A stretch of 63,930 nucleotides of DNA, counting the filler, from Nemertoderma westbladi (lineage: Eukaryota; Animalia; Xenacoelomorpha), in the NCBI GenBank assembly GCA_032718475.1. It is 4 parts of 4 records of this genome, joined end to end, with 100 filler letters (N's around TTAATTAATTAA, not from the genome) between each part and the next. Parts side by side here need not be neighbours in the genome. Positions count along the whole stretch, not along the records: positions 1 to 29,843 come from JAUCBJ010004335.1; 3 more parts are not named here. The stretch is one strand, 5' to 3'. Under the pieces are notes generated by a model. It was not told the origin of the DNA. It searched no databases and was given only the letters and a program-made list of their open reading frames with translations. Positions 13,979 to 24,588 of the stretch are shown here, one piece after another; the first letter of the stretch is position 1, and each line of letters opens with the position of its first letter. The position numbers and the translations under genes are program-made.

Positions 13979-14932
13979 GTCAATTATTTTAGAATAATTG
14001 AATTTCTGAAATTTAGGGGTTACTTGGTTATCTTACTTTACCTTATTACCATTATTTAAGCAGTAGTCCAACTGATATTAAGACCTAATTGTTGTATGAC
14101 AGGCCTACTATTTATAAATCGGTTTGAGTTGATTTATAATATATATATACCCGTATAATGGGTTTTGTCAATATTTGAAATAAATGTTATTATTTCTGGG
14201 AAGGAGTCACTACACAGAAGCTGTGCGCTCTCAGTGAAGTGCTACTTGTTGGACACAAAAACAAATAATTCTAATTTACCTAAGTTACTTAATACTACAA
14301 ATTACTTACAATTCGGGGTGAGATTACAATCTCTAAATAAACACAAAAATTACACGTACGAATTTTTAGGGTAATTTTACAAGAAGTCTACAAACCAGCC
14401 TAACAAAGGGTTAGAATATCTGGTTATTACAAACAGACAGGATACTACGGTATTTGAAAATAACAAAGCAGTAGTAAATATACTGCGTTGTCCAGATAGG
14501 AAAAATACCACCGTCTGATGACTTATAGCCGTAAGGCTATAAGTACTACGTTATGTATCACGGAGTGTTCCTACCTAGAAGTTAATTACCACGGTCTACC
14601 AGAACTAACGTGCCTATTAACCACTTTACAACACAAATATACTGCCTAGACACTAATTACCTTCGGAAAGCACTGTACACTAAACCCTAAATTAGGTACA
14701 AGTACTTATACAACAAATAACTAGCAGTTAGAAATACTTGTACAGCTAAAAGAACCACGGTATCTGCTGGAGTGACCGGGGCACAAAATCACCAGTCTTT
14801 ACCTACGCCAAGCAGCCCTGATGTAGTAACGGGGTTAATTTAACTATAACGGTATGTATAACAAGCACAATTACTGTAGGAATAAACTTGGGGTTGTGAA
14901 TGTTGCGAATAATCGCATAAACTCTGAATAAT

Positions 14933-15504
14933 AAATATTACGCTACGCGTACAGACTACTCAAACAAAATACAGACCAAACGCTGGCAGACTACTATCAA
15001 GCCCAAACAAACTACAGTATATGCAGACTCCGAAATGGTTAGTTAGTATGCGTTCTAACCGAGTAGTACGACTTATTCTTTCAGGGGGATTTACCTCACA
15101 GCACTGGAAGCCCCTACGTTCCTAACTAGTACTTTATCGGACATACACTCTACACACACCGCAATCTCTTCAAACCTAACAACAGCCAGACAACAATCCA
15201 GCCTACAAATTATCTAAATAAGAAATATTACGCTACCCGTACAGACTACACAAATAAATACAGACCAAACGCTGGCAGACTACTATCAAGCCTAAACAAT
15301 CTACAGTATATGCAGACTCCGAAATGGTTAGTTAGTATGCGTTCTAACCGAGTAGTATGACTTATTCTTTCAGGGGGATTTACCTCACAGCACTGGAAGC
15401 CCCTACGTTCCTAACTAGTACTTTATCGGACATACACTCTACACACACCGCAATCTCTTCAGACTTAACAACAGTCAGACAACAGTCCAGCCTACAAATT
15501 ATCT
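14933..15504. repeat. 290-bp tandem duplication in the 5' UTR of the LTR element
   Basis: AAATATTACGCTAC...CCTACAAATTATCT starts at 14933 and again at 15223. Confidence 0.92.
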
Positions 15505-15790
15505 GTACAATCTGAGCAGGCTTACACGTCTTCTGCTCAATATTAACCTACAAATAAATAAAACTGACAGAAATAGGCCTAAGTAAAATCCCAATAAAAA
15601 CCAGGCGTCCCCGATTACTTATTAAGACCTACCGGTATATAATTATCAAAATCGATTAATACTACTGTACCTGTACTGCTGTAAGTACCGGTTCGGGTAG
15701 TTAGGCAGTCAGGCCTACTAGTTACCGGTCGACCGGTACTTTAGACTGTATTTATTGCCTACACTGCAATCAGAACTCAATAACTGTTAT

Positions 15791-16984
15791 TGTTCGCGCT
15801 TTTAGACCTTTAGCAGTTTAACCTGCCAAATTTAGATGTCTTCTAGGTTATAAATCGACTTTAGCCTATGACGAGTATTTGTTACACTACATTAGCCGAA
15901 GCCAGTCTATGCGCGACCATTCACCCCCTGGATATACCCGGGAGACTGGATTCGGAAGCTTGACCTTATTGCGGTGTAGGCCTACTGTATTATTCGACTG
16001 ATCGTTAATATATAATTTCTGACAAATATTATTCACTTTCGGAAAATATCAACAGTTCCTTTAGGACGTGGCGCTCTAAATATGTAAACAGAGTTATGAC
16101 TTACACTAGACACAACGGGATGGCTATGGATTCACGTATAAAGCGCATTCTTTAGGAGATGCTTTGTTATCAGTCACAATCATGCACACTACCGCACAAT
16201 ACTGCACACCGATCTGCCGACCTTCCCTAATTTTAGTCACATATAAAGAGAACAGCAACCGACACATGTAGTGCCTATGAAATAGCATTAGATTCACTCC
16301 AAACCAATATAATGTAAGTCGCAATTGTTATATGTAACCGGTCTCTTACCTTCAGTATATCAAGAAGATTGGGGGTTTTATGATTATTTATCGAGTTTAT
16401 CCAAATATAATAATATTCCATCAACTGATATAATTAATAACCGACAGTAAATAGCAGTAAAAATGTGGTGTTTGTAGTTGACAATATGATTTGCATTGAT
16501 ATGCAGTGTGTTGAGTTAATATGGTTTGATTTGATAACAGTTATACGTTTCTATGACCAAAGCCTACTAATGTTTGGCTAAAGTCTGAAACTTCCACAGA
16601 AGTACAGAAGAATCCTAAGCCGGTGTTCTGGGCTTAGAAAGATACACACACTGAATTGCATGAGTTTCTGTATACAATCTCCAGCACAGAGTGAAAACCG
16701 CTCTGATTGGTCGACCGAACAAAGAACGAACAAAGAACAAAGAAAAAGTTACACATGGACACAGCTGATAGATGTCGTCATCGGAGTTCCGATGTTTAGA
16801 GTATTTGGCTTATTGCGACATAAAATCGATAGTTATGTCCGCTAAAGTACACATACAGAAGAAATGGCTTTTTATGTCCACTAAAACTCCGGTACAGCAA
16901 GGAAACGGCTTTTTATGCCCGTTAAAACAACTACAGAGTACTTTGCGGGGAAAATAACCAGCTAATTCCGCAAAAGCCTTTACA
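15791..16984 (-). repeat. 5' LTR (1194 bp)
   Basis: Pair of 5842-7037; the minus strand begins TGTAAAGG and ends GCGAACA. Confidence 0.95.
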
Positions 16985-17034
16985 AAAGGAGTTGAATGGG
17001 GCTTCGTTAAAGGAGGAGTATGTATAATAATCTG

Positions 17035-17187
17035 AACGTCCCGAAATTAATTTATGGACGTCCCGAACTTAACTATATGGACGTCCCGAAATTAACTTAT
17101 GGACGTCCCGAAATTAATCTATCATCCAATCAGAATCGTAATGAAATAACTAATTAATGGACGTCCATAAATTAATTTCGGGATGTT
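17035..17187. mobile_element. Small MITE-like element with ~29-bp inverted ends and internal ~22-bp repeats
   Basis: AACGTCCCGAAATTAATTTATGGACGTCC pairs with GGACGTCCATAAATTAATTTCGGGATGTT; ACGTCCCGAA occurs four times. No clear TSD. Confidence 0.6.
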
Positions 17188-17641
17188 AATTTCGGAAATT
17201 AATTTCAATAATATTTTTTTTATAATAAAAATTTTTTTAAATATTTTTTTACAATGTATAATTCGCGGACACTGCGGGGTGACTACAAAACAAAGACCCA
17301 ATTATAAAGACCTGCATAATCTTGTTACATGTGTTAACTTTCTGTTTATAGTTTGTTTTGTTAATAATTATTATTAATAATGACTTCTGGTGCAATACAA
17401 CAAATATATCTAGTAGTCCAATCGCGTGTATGCAATGTCGAATACCACACATAAATTTGAAAGATATATGAATATTCACCATTAAACTCTACTGCTGCCA
17501 TGGTATTGGTGTACATAGCCAGCCATAAGGAAACAAAGCATAATGGTGCTGCAGCCCAGTTTTGCTAGTTTTATAAAGAGTTTGCGTCTGATGATTGTGT
17601 TAAAGGCAGCAGTGAAGTCTGTAAGGATTATACACCCATAC

Positions 17642-17674
17642 CAAGGACTACTATACTGAGTATAGTAGTCCTTG
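17642..17674. mobile_element. 33-bp hairpin with 8-bp TSD; probable P-superfamily excision footprint
   Basis: CAAGGACTACTATACT-G-AGTATAGTAGTCCTTG flanked by ACCCATAC at 17634-17641 and 17675-17682. Confidence 0.8.
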
Positions 17675-17820
17675 ACCCATACCCATAAGGATTTTTTTTT
17701 ATTTCCTTGCTATGTCCATCAATAGGCGGATTGTTAGCACAGTCAGACAGTACTGCAGTACAGGTACAGCATAGTACAGGACAGGTACATGATTTGGAAA
17801 AACTGTATCTTCCATCAACA

Positions 17821-17864
17821 CAAGGCCATCTACAGATCTAAACAACGTTGTTTTGATGGCCTTG
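17821..17864. mobile_element. 44-bp TIR remnant with 8-bp TSD; probable P-superfamily footprint
   Basis: CAAGGCCATC...GATGGCCTTG flanked by CATCAACA at 17813-17820 and 17865-17872. Confidence 0.75.
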
Positions 17865-18211
17865 CATCAACAACAACACTGCAACAGTGAAACCACCATT
17901 GTGTGGTACGTACTAAAAGGTAGAACGATCTATAACGGGGTATACTGGTATAACGACCTATACAGCTATAAGTGGGCTATAACGATCTATAACGGGCTAT
18001 AACTTCCTATAAACAAGCTATAACCACCTATAACGAGCTATAATATGAAAATTCACATTAAAAAACGCGCCTTGGGTGTGTTTAACTTTTGGAGTAACAC
18101 GGTGGTCTTGAAAAATACCGCAGGTTAAAAATTAGGGTTGGCCTATCTGCCTGTCTGCCTATGCCTAATTGATACTGGTAAGTTTTTTTTATTGGCCTAT
18201 ATTGCTCACTA

Positions 18212-19113
18212 CCAGGTTGGAATTCATGCATGAGCGCGCAGGTACGCTTTGTTGTTTTGAAATCACCGCGCACCTGAAATTGGCTCGTCGCGCACCTCAT
18301 CATATGTCATAATCCAAACAAAATCGCGCAGCTCATGTCATGCATATCTCAAAAAATCGCACAGTTCATAAGAACAATTTTACATTCCTATTTTACAAGT
18401 TTGAGCGTTTTAAGCTTATCTTTACGTCTGTCTGTCTGTACGTTGAATCTAGGCTTACATAATAAATGTAATTTTTGCAACATCAAAATTGTTAATATTA
18501 AAAAATATTTTTTTAATCCACTACTATGGTGGCCCATCGGGCTCACAGCTTTTATAACAGAAAATATTATTTTAGATTACAAACAAAACATGTACCGGTA
18601 ATTTCAAAAAAACGAATATTGAAATAGGTACCAGTCTGCCAATAATACTTTGTATAGGCCTACCTAACAATTAGGCTTAAACATACAGTTGGCTTATAAT
18701 TAAGTCATACTTATAATACATTGTTACTTTCTGACTTTACCTGTTTACTAACGTAACATCGGCATAGCATAGACCTAATAACAATACAACAATAGAGTAC
18801 TGTAGTTAAAATAAATAGACAAATTCAGCTCCGGTTGCCGGTATTACAGTATTATGGTGAAGTGATTTGACTGTTTGAAGAATTGGAAATGAGAAAGCAA
18901 TGCGAGCGGAGCGAGCGAAATTTTTTTGTGCATTTTCGTGATTTCAATTAATTTGTGGTGCGCATCAGAGGCAGAGCTGCGCGCTGAGGCGCAACGCGCA
19001 CCTGTCTCACACCCGAACGCGCACCTGTCTCACCCAAACGCACAACGCGCATCTGGTTTGCGGTCATTCGCGCAGGTACGCGTCCGAGTTTTGCAGCATG
19101 AATTCCAACCTGG
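18212..19113. mobile_element. hAT-like MITE
   Basis: 18-bp TIR CCAGGTTGGAATTCATGC / GCATGAATTCCAACCTGG; 8-bp TSD GCTCACTA at 18204-18211 and 19114-19121; subterminal GCGCACCTG repeats. Confidence 0.85.
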
Positions 19114-19515
19114 GCTCACTATATTCCTGTATTCTATATCGACCAGAAGCTGACAGCGAATAGCAGGCGCAGGATGGAGAATAGACAGAGAGATGGGAGA
19201 CCTCTCCACTTTTGCACTGTCTGATAGTCCTGTAGTCTAGTCAGATAATGCAGTAGTGACATGCTGACTAATGCAGTAATGACTGATTTCGTGATATCAC
19301 AAAGATGAAAAGCATTATGAACTAAAAAACCAAATTGCGTAATTAAATTACTGACTGACTGACTAGGAAAATAAATGCATTTAAAATATGTTTTTTTATT
19401 GTAAATTTTCAGATTATAGCTCGTTATAGGTGGTTATAGCTTTGTTATAGGAAGTTATAGCCCGTTATAGATCGTTATAGCCCGTTATAGATCGTTCTAC
19501 CTTTTAGTACGTACC

Positions 19516-22500
19516 CATAGCCTACTATATTACAGGCCATGCCAACGTGCAGGTCGATTCTGACTTGGCGGCCGACCTGTAATAACCTACCTATACTATT
19601 ATTGGTGGTGTCATCATCACAAAACCTGATAACTATGCATTAAATACGTTTTCCGTAGGATGCATGCATACGTTATGAAACTTTAATTAAACTTTATGTC
19701 ATTTATTACAGTTTGTCTGTTAATCTGCTGGATTATAATTAATTGAAATTGGTCTTATTTAAAAATCACATCCATTGGTTCCCTAGAATAAAAATTTATT
19801 ATAAATTTTCTTTGTTAAGCAGCACTTTAAATTTAGGGTGATAACTTTACACTTATGGTGTTACTTTATACTTAGCCTGATAACTTCACACTTAACGTAA
19901 TTAACTTTACTGTATGGCAATAAATAAAACATATCATTAGCACAACTTGATTGCTTTAATTGAAAAACATATTATTAGCACAACTTGAATGCTTTAATTG
20001 AAAAACATATCATTAGCACAACTTGAATGCTTTAATTGATGTTTCCTTTGAGCTTGTAGGCGTGACTAATACACTGTAATTATTAAGAAATATGTTGCAC
20101 AGTCTGGTACAGCACACCTTTGGCACGACTTGGGCGAAATAACTATCCGCAATTGTTTCAAAAATATTGGTTAAACTAAAACGACATAGTCTGTGCTTGT
20201 TTAAACTAATAAACATGATGTAAGCAAAGAATGTAAACTGGACAAAGGTATCGGATGGTGTAACCAATTTCCCTCGATTTAGTTCACCAAGAAAGCCGCC
20301 AAACTGCATTGCATAAAAGTATGTGTCATCGTCATCATCGTTGGGAATATAACGCTGTATATAACCAGCAACATATAGCAAAGCAGACTTTGTGTCGAAG
20401 GCCAACTCGTCAACCTCAAGGGCTGACAAGGAATCGAATACTGCAGCGTCCTCTTCGGTTAGCATGAAAGCACAGTTATCACATTTATGAGATCCGCTAG
20501 TTGATTGAAAATCTAGAAAATCTTGATCCAATGCAGTTATTAATTTGGTCTTTTGTATTGAGTAATATTGCATTGCCTGGACTGCAGATATGAAATAAGT
20601 ACCGCCTGCTGACTGTCGGATCCGTCCAAACGCCTTTTCCAGGGGATCAGTGGTAAACTGACCGGGGAGTACATATTGAAAACCATTGTTGAGACAATGG
20701 TGAATCAAATGTACAATGCCACGAAATGTATGAGAGATGGCCTTAGCAGTATCAATAGTAAAAGTATGACAGCGAAGGTTGCCATTTTTGCAATCCATTG
20801 AGTCGATTTGGTTAGCCAGCATCAGTAACTCGGAGAGTCGTGGGTCATTTGAGTCGGTAAATGGTTGGCGCAGTGGGTCGTTTAAGTGCTGGTCTTCACT
20901 GCGACTGCGAATGTTAAGTATCTTAAATGCGCGAACGAACTTCTCAATGAAAGTTGCGGTTTCTTTATCATCATCAGTAGGATCAACGTGAGTACGAAGA
21001 GCAACAACAGTTTCATCACAAAACACACGGAGCATAGCAGAAACATCCTGTCTTTCAATAGGCTTTGGGTACACTGCCTTCTGTGTCAATCGATGGGCAA
21101 TCGTTATTGATGATGCCTTTTCTCGTTCAAAGAGACTTTCAATACAGGACCATTTCGCTATACATCGATCAAATTCGATAGTTTTCGATTTTTCTGTGAT
21201 CCAGTTATTGCGAATACATTTGAACAAATGTATAAAGTCATAAATTAGAAAGGTACCATTCTGGGTAAGCCAGGGTTGATTTCTTACTGTCTGGTGCAAA
21301 GAAAAAAATTTTCTATTAACTTTCAAGTTATCGCAAATGATGCACAATATCTCCCCTCCAGATGTTATGATGTCACTGGATATTTCATAAACTATTTGTT
21401 GCTGAAAGTTTGCATTCAATTTAAGAATGGGTACCATCTTATTAAGAAATGTAGGCCCACCATATAGACACTTTATCATCAGCCCCAATATAGTACGAGC
21501 CAATTGTCCTGGGGAATTAGCAGCCTCTCCAAATAGTTCTCCACCTACATATTTCACTGCAGCTTTAACATAAATTTCATCGAGAAGAATTATACAACGA
21601 CGTTGCTCGATTGGAAGTTTGTTAAAAACGCTAAATAAAAACATAGAGTCATCAGCATGTGAGACGGAAGATGTGATTCGTTGTAAAGTTCGCACACCTG
21701 GCAGTTTAAAATCTTCTCTAAGTTTACGGTATAAGCAACGGCTGGTGGCATAATACTCGAAAGCTCGAACCAATGTTTCAGGATCCCAGCGCTTATCTCC
21801 CGCAGAAACTGGAGCCATGCACGTCAAATGTTCGTGTAGAATCTCGACTTTGTGAGAAGCTTCACAGTTAGAAAGGTACCTAATAATATTTTCAATAATT
21901 GACCACCGCGAAGCAAGAATTATACGATTAGTAACACATAATGGAACTGATATTCTGACTCCATAACTGTAGCATTCGAACTGCAGCGATGTCTTTATCT
22001 TCATCATAAATTTTGGCGACGAACCGATAAGTTCAGACGATTGCAATATAGTTGTCATATTATCCCCATTACATCCATCAGCATCATTGCACTCATAGAC
22101 GATAAGACTTTGGAAACAGTTAAGTTTATCAGAAGCTGTTGATCGAATTAATCCATAAGTCACAATATCCCCCTGCAGAAACTGGGGTAACTCGTCCGGC
22201 TGTAATGATCGCATAGATGCAACGAGTTTACGGTTGCGGGGACGGTTGTTAGCGTGGGTGGGCGTGGGCGTACAACTTGGAGCGATGTTTGGCCACACAG
22301 ACGGTGGATCTGCTGGAATCATTTTAATTGAGCGATAAGCACGGCGCTTTTCATAGTTTTCAGGCCAGTGGAGTTCACAAACAACGGTTTGTTTAGTCAC
22401 ATGCAAATTAGCACGCACTTTTGATAATACGGAAATCCATGACGATCTATAGGGCTCCTCCCCTGGAATACGGAAAACGCTGCATGGGGTGGCGTTTTTA

Positions 22501-23005
22501 TAGTTTGACCGACACTCTGGCACGCAGCACTTCCGAGGCATATCGATATCCAAGCACCAAGTAGGCCTAATACCTGGATACCGGTAGACTTAGGCCTATA
22601 GTTTTAATTGGTAGTTTTAATTAGTTCTAAATTTTAGCGCCGGCGCTGCACATCTTTGCGATGGCTTCCACTTCCAACGCCAGTCGTAATGCTGCGTCGA
22701 AGACTTTCGGCGCAAAGGCACAAGTAGCCTAAAACTTATCTAAAACTTCTAAAAGGGAGTACCAGTACAGTACATACAAGTACTGAAGTAAGACATGGAA
22801 CACACCTACTGACCTCTGGACCTAGGTCCTGAGGTCTGTACAGCTGTAGGTAGTGTAGGCTCCAATCTGCCAATGCTGAATTCAGGTATTGCTGTCTGGC
22901 TGTAGGCCTACTGGCTGATTGCGGAGTCTGGTTCCAAGTCCAACTCGGCCGCCAAGTCAGAATTGTATCTGCACGTTGGCACGGCCTGTAATATAGTAGG
23001 CTATG
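19516..23005 (-). mobile_element. Full-length P-superfamily DNA transposon (3490 bp)
   Basis: TIR CATAGCCTACTATATTACAGGCC / GGCCTGTAATATAGTAGGCTATG, extending imperfectly to ~60 bp; 8-bp TSD TACGTACC at 19508-19515 and 23006-23013. Confidence 0.95.
20013..22541 (-). CDS. P-element (THAP9-like) transposase, 842 aa, uninterrupted
   Basis: N-terminal THAP domain (MPRKCCVPEC...VCELHW) and P-transposase motifs LLDEIYVK, ICDN, DFIHLFKCIRNNW and TDPLEKAFGRIRQ. Confidence 0.93.
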   Translation of the reverse strand: MPRKCCVPECRSNYKNATPCSVFRIPGEEPYRSSWISVLSKVRANLHVTKQTVVCELHWPENYEKRRAYRSIKMIPADPPSVWPNIAPSCTPTPTHANNRPRNRKLVASMRSLQPDELPQFLQGDIVTYGLIRSTASDKLNCFQSLIVYECNDADGCNGDNMTTILQSSELIGSSPKFMMKIKTSLQFECYSYGVRISVPLCVTNRIILASRWSIIENIIRYLSNCEASHKVEILHEHLTCMAPVSAGDKRWDPETLVRAFEYYATSRCLYRKLREDFKLPGVRTLQRITSSVSHADDSMFLFSVFNKLPIEQRRCIILLDEIYVKAAVKYVGGELFGEAANSPGQLARTILGLMIKCLYGGPTFLNKMVPILKLNANFQQQIVYEISSDIITSGGEILCIICDNLKVNRKFFSLHQTVRNQPWLTQNGTFLIYDFIHLFKCIRNNWITEKSKTIEFDRCIAKWSCIESLFEREKASSITIAHRLTQKAVYPKPIERQDVSAMLRVFCDETVVALRTHVDPTDDDKETATFIEKFVRAFKILNIRSRSEDQHLNDPLRQPFTDSNDPRLSELLMLANQIDSMDCKNGNLRCHTFTIDTAKAISHTFRGIVHLIHHCLNNGFQYVLPGQFTTDPLEKAFGRIRQSAGGTYFISAVQAMQYYSIQKTKLITALDQDFLDFQSTSGSHKCDNCAFMLTEEDAAVFDSLSALEVDELAFDTKSALLYVAGYIQRYIPNDDDDDTYFYAMQFGGFLGELNRGKLVTPSDTFVQFTFFAYIMFISLNKHRLCRFSLTNIFETIADSYFAQVVPKVCCTRLCNIFLNNYSVLVTPTSSKETSIKAFKLC

Positions 23006-23086
23006 TACGTACCCCATTGTGTTCTTAACACTTTTCATGATTTCTGGATTTGTTGACTTGTGATGATCTCGAGAAGCGAGAACAAC

Positions 23087-23142
23087 GGGTAAATCTTTTC
23101 GACCTACGCGTAGGCCTACGCGTAGGTCGAAAAGATTTACCC
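23087..23142. mobile_element. 56-bp perfect palindrome with 8-bp TSD (micro-MITE or footprint, GG..CC ends)
   Basis: GGGTAAATCTTTTCGACCTACGCGTAGG followed by its exact reverse complement; AGAACAAC at 23079-23086 and 23143-23150. Confidence 0.8.
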
Positions 23143-24588
23143 AGAACAACAAAAGATTTGTTAGTTCTGTAGGTAACGGTACCGGTAGGCCTACTGCTGT
23201 ATGCATTCATGCAGGCGTGGACCTATTTAATTGGTGGAGGCCTAATTACTTGCAGATTGTCATTGAGGCTTTTATTTTAATTAGGTTATTTACTGATATG
23301 CGAGTACAGGAGTACGGTGTTTCAGTGTTTGAAACAAATCAGTAAATATACCATCCTGCCATCTCCAGATCTCTGCATCTAGGATATGTCAGTATTTCTG
23401 TATGTGTAGTCCTGTAGTCCAGTAGTCGTAAGTACTGAAGTAAACTAAAGTCATAAGTTAGTTCCGTATCTATTAAATAACCTAATCCTCACCTGACTTA
23501 GCCTAGACTAGGCCTAATACTGTAATAAATCTAAACTGCTAAATCAGTAAATGTTATAACAGTCAGACAGTACAGCAGTATACAGGTATAACCTGATAAC
23601 AGGGTGTGTATAACTGTATAAGGCGATAAATTGTTTATTCCGTTCAGCCGTTCTCTGCTTGTTTTTCCTGTTTTCAGGTTTTATACTACCCGTACAGCCG
23701 TAATCCTGTAATCTGGTAATACTGTAATATTGATTGCAGTATTGTGAAGCGTTATTACTACAGTACTAGCTTACAATTGTACCGGTACAAGGTTTATGCT
23801 CGCCATATTTTAGAGTACTGGAGTACGGTAGCGCTGTGCACTACCGCACTATTGTAGAACTGTAGAAACATCGCTGTGCAAAACTCGTTCTCCGATCGCG
23901 TTTTTCCAATTTGGAACTTATGCCAATTAATTTCTAGCCACTGCAGCACTGTCAGACTGTGCGCCAAACTGCTGATATTTTTAAATCGCGCCTTCAATCA
24001 CATGACTTCACTAACTAGGCCCCTATTTAAAATTTAATAGAAATTTGTAATCGTGTTTCACTTTTATTTTGTATTTATCAAATGTATATTATACTGCTGT
24101 GCGCTACTGTATAATGTTAAATGTTTAATACGGTACTTTTTTTGAGATAGACTGTACACTGTAGCTGTCGGCCTAGTGCAGTAGTGTAATTATTATTTTT
24201 TGCTTATGCTATTTAGAGACTACTTACTTATCTGTACTTGCTTATCTAATGTTTTACTTTATACCATACTGCCATAGCTGCATAGCGTGATCGGTCTTGT
24301 TTTTGTTTTAGTGCCGTAGTGCTTTTTACCAGTAGACCTATCTGTTCATGGTTTTAATTATAATTTTAATTTTATACGTTGCTATGGGAGTGCTGGAGTG
24401 GTTTAAGACACCACCCGAATAATATAATTCATGTAATACAGTAGTAATTTACAGGCATCAACAGTAGTGGTACCGATATTCCAGTATTCTGGTACCGATA
24501 TCAACTTGTTCTTCAGTTCTTAGAAAATGATTCGAACTGAATTTAGACGAAATATCCACAATATTATATAGAAATATCGTTCCGGAAG

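Larger units (their letters stand above)
5842..16984 (-). mobile_element. BEL/Pao-type LTR retrotransposon, apparently non-autonomous (gag only)
   Basis: Two ~1.2-kb direct repeats with TG...CA ends; 5-bp TSD AAAGG at 5837-5841 and 16985-16989; minus-strand purine tract GGGAGCGG (7038-7045) next to the 3' LTR; gag has a DUF1759-like motif (KFNGDEMKWLPF...LSNGEKFRFLIECLEG...WDTLNIRYGN). Confidence 0.93.
17905..23013. mobile_element. Non-autonomous Mutator/MULE-like foldback element containing two nested insertions
   Basis: Long repeat-rich TIRs (GGTACGTACTAAAAGGTAGAACGATCTATAACGGG at 17905, inverse ending at 19515); 9-bp TSD CCATTGTGT at 17896-17904 and 23014-23022. Confidence 0.82.
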
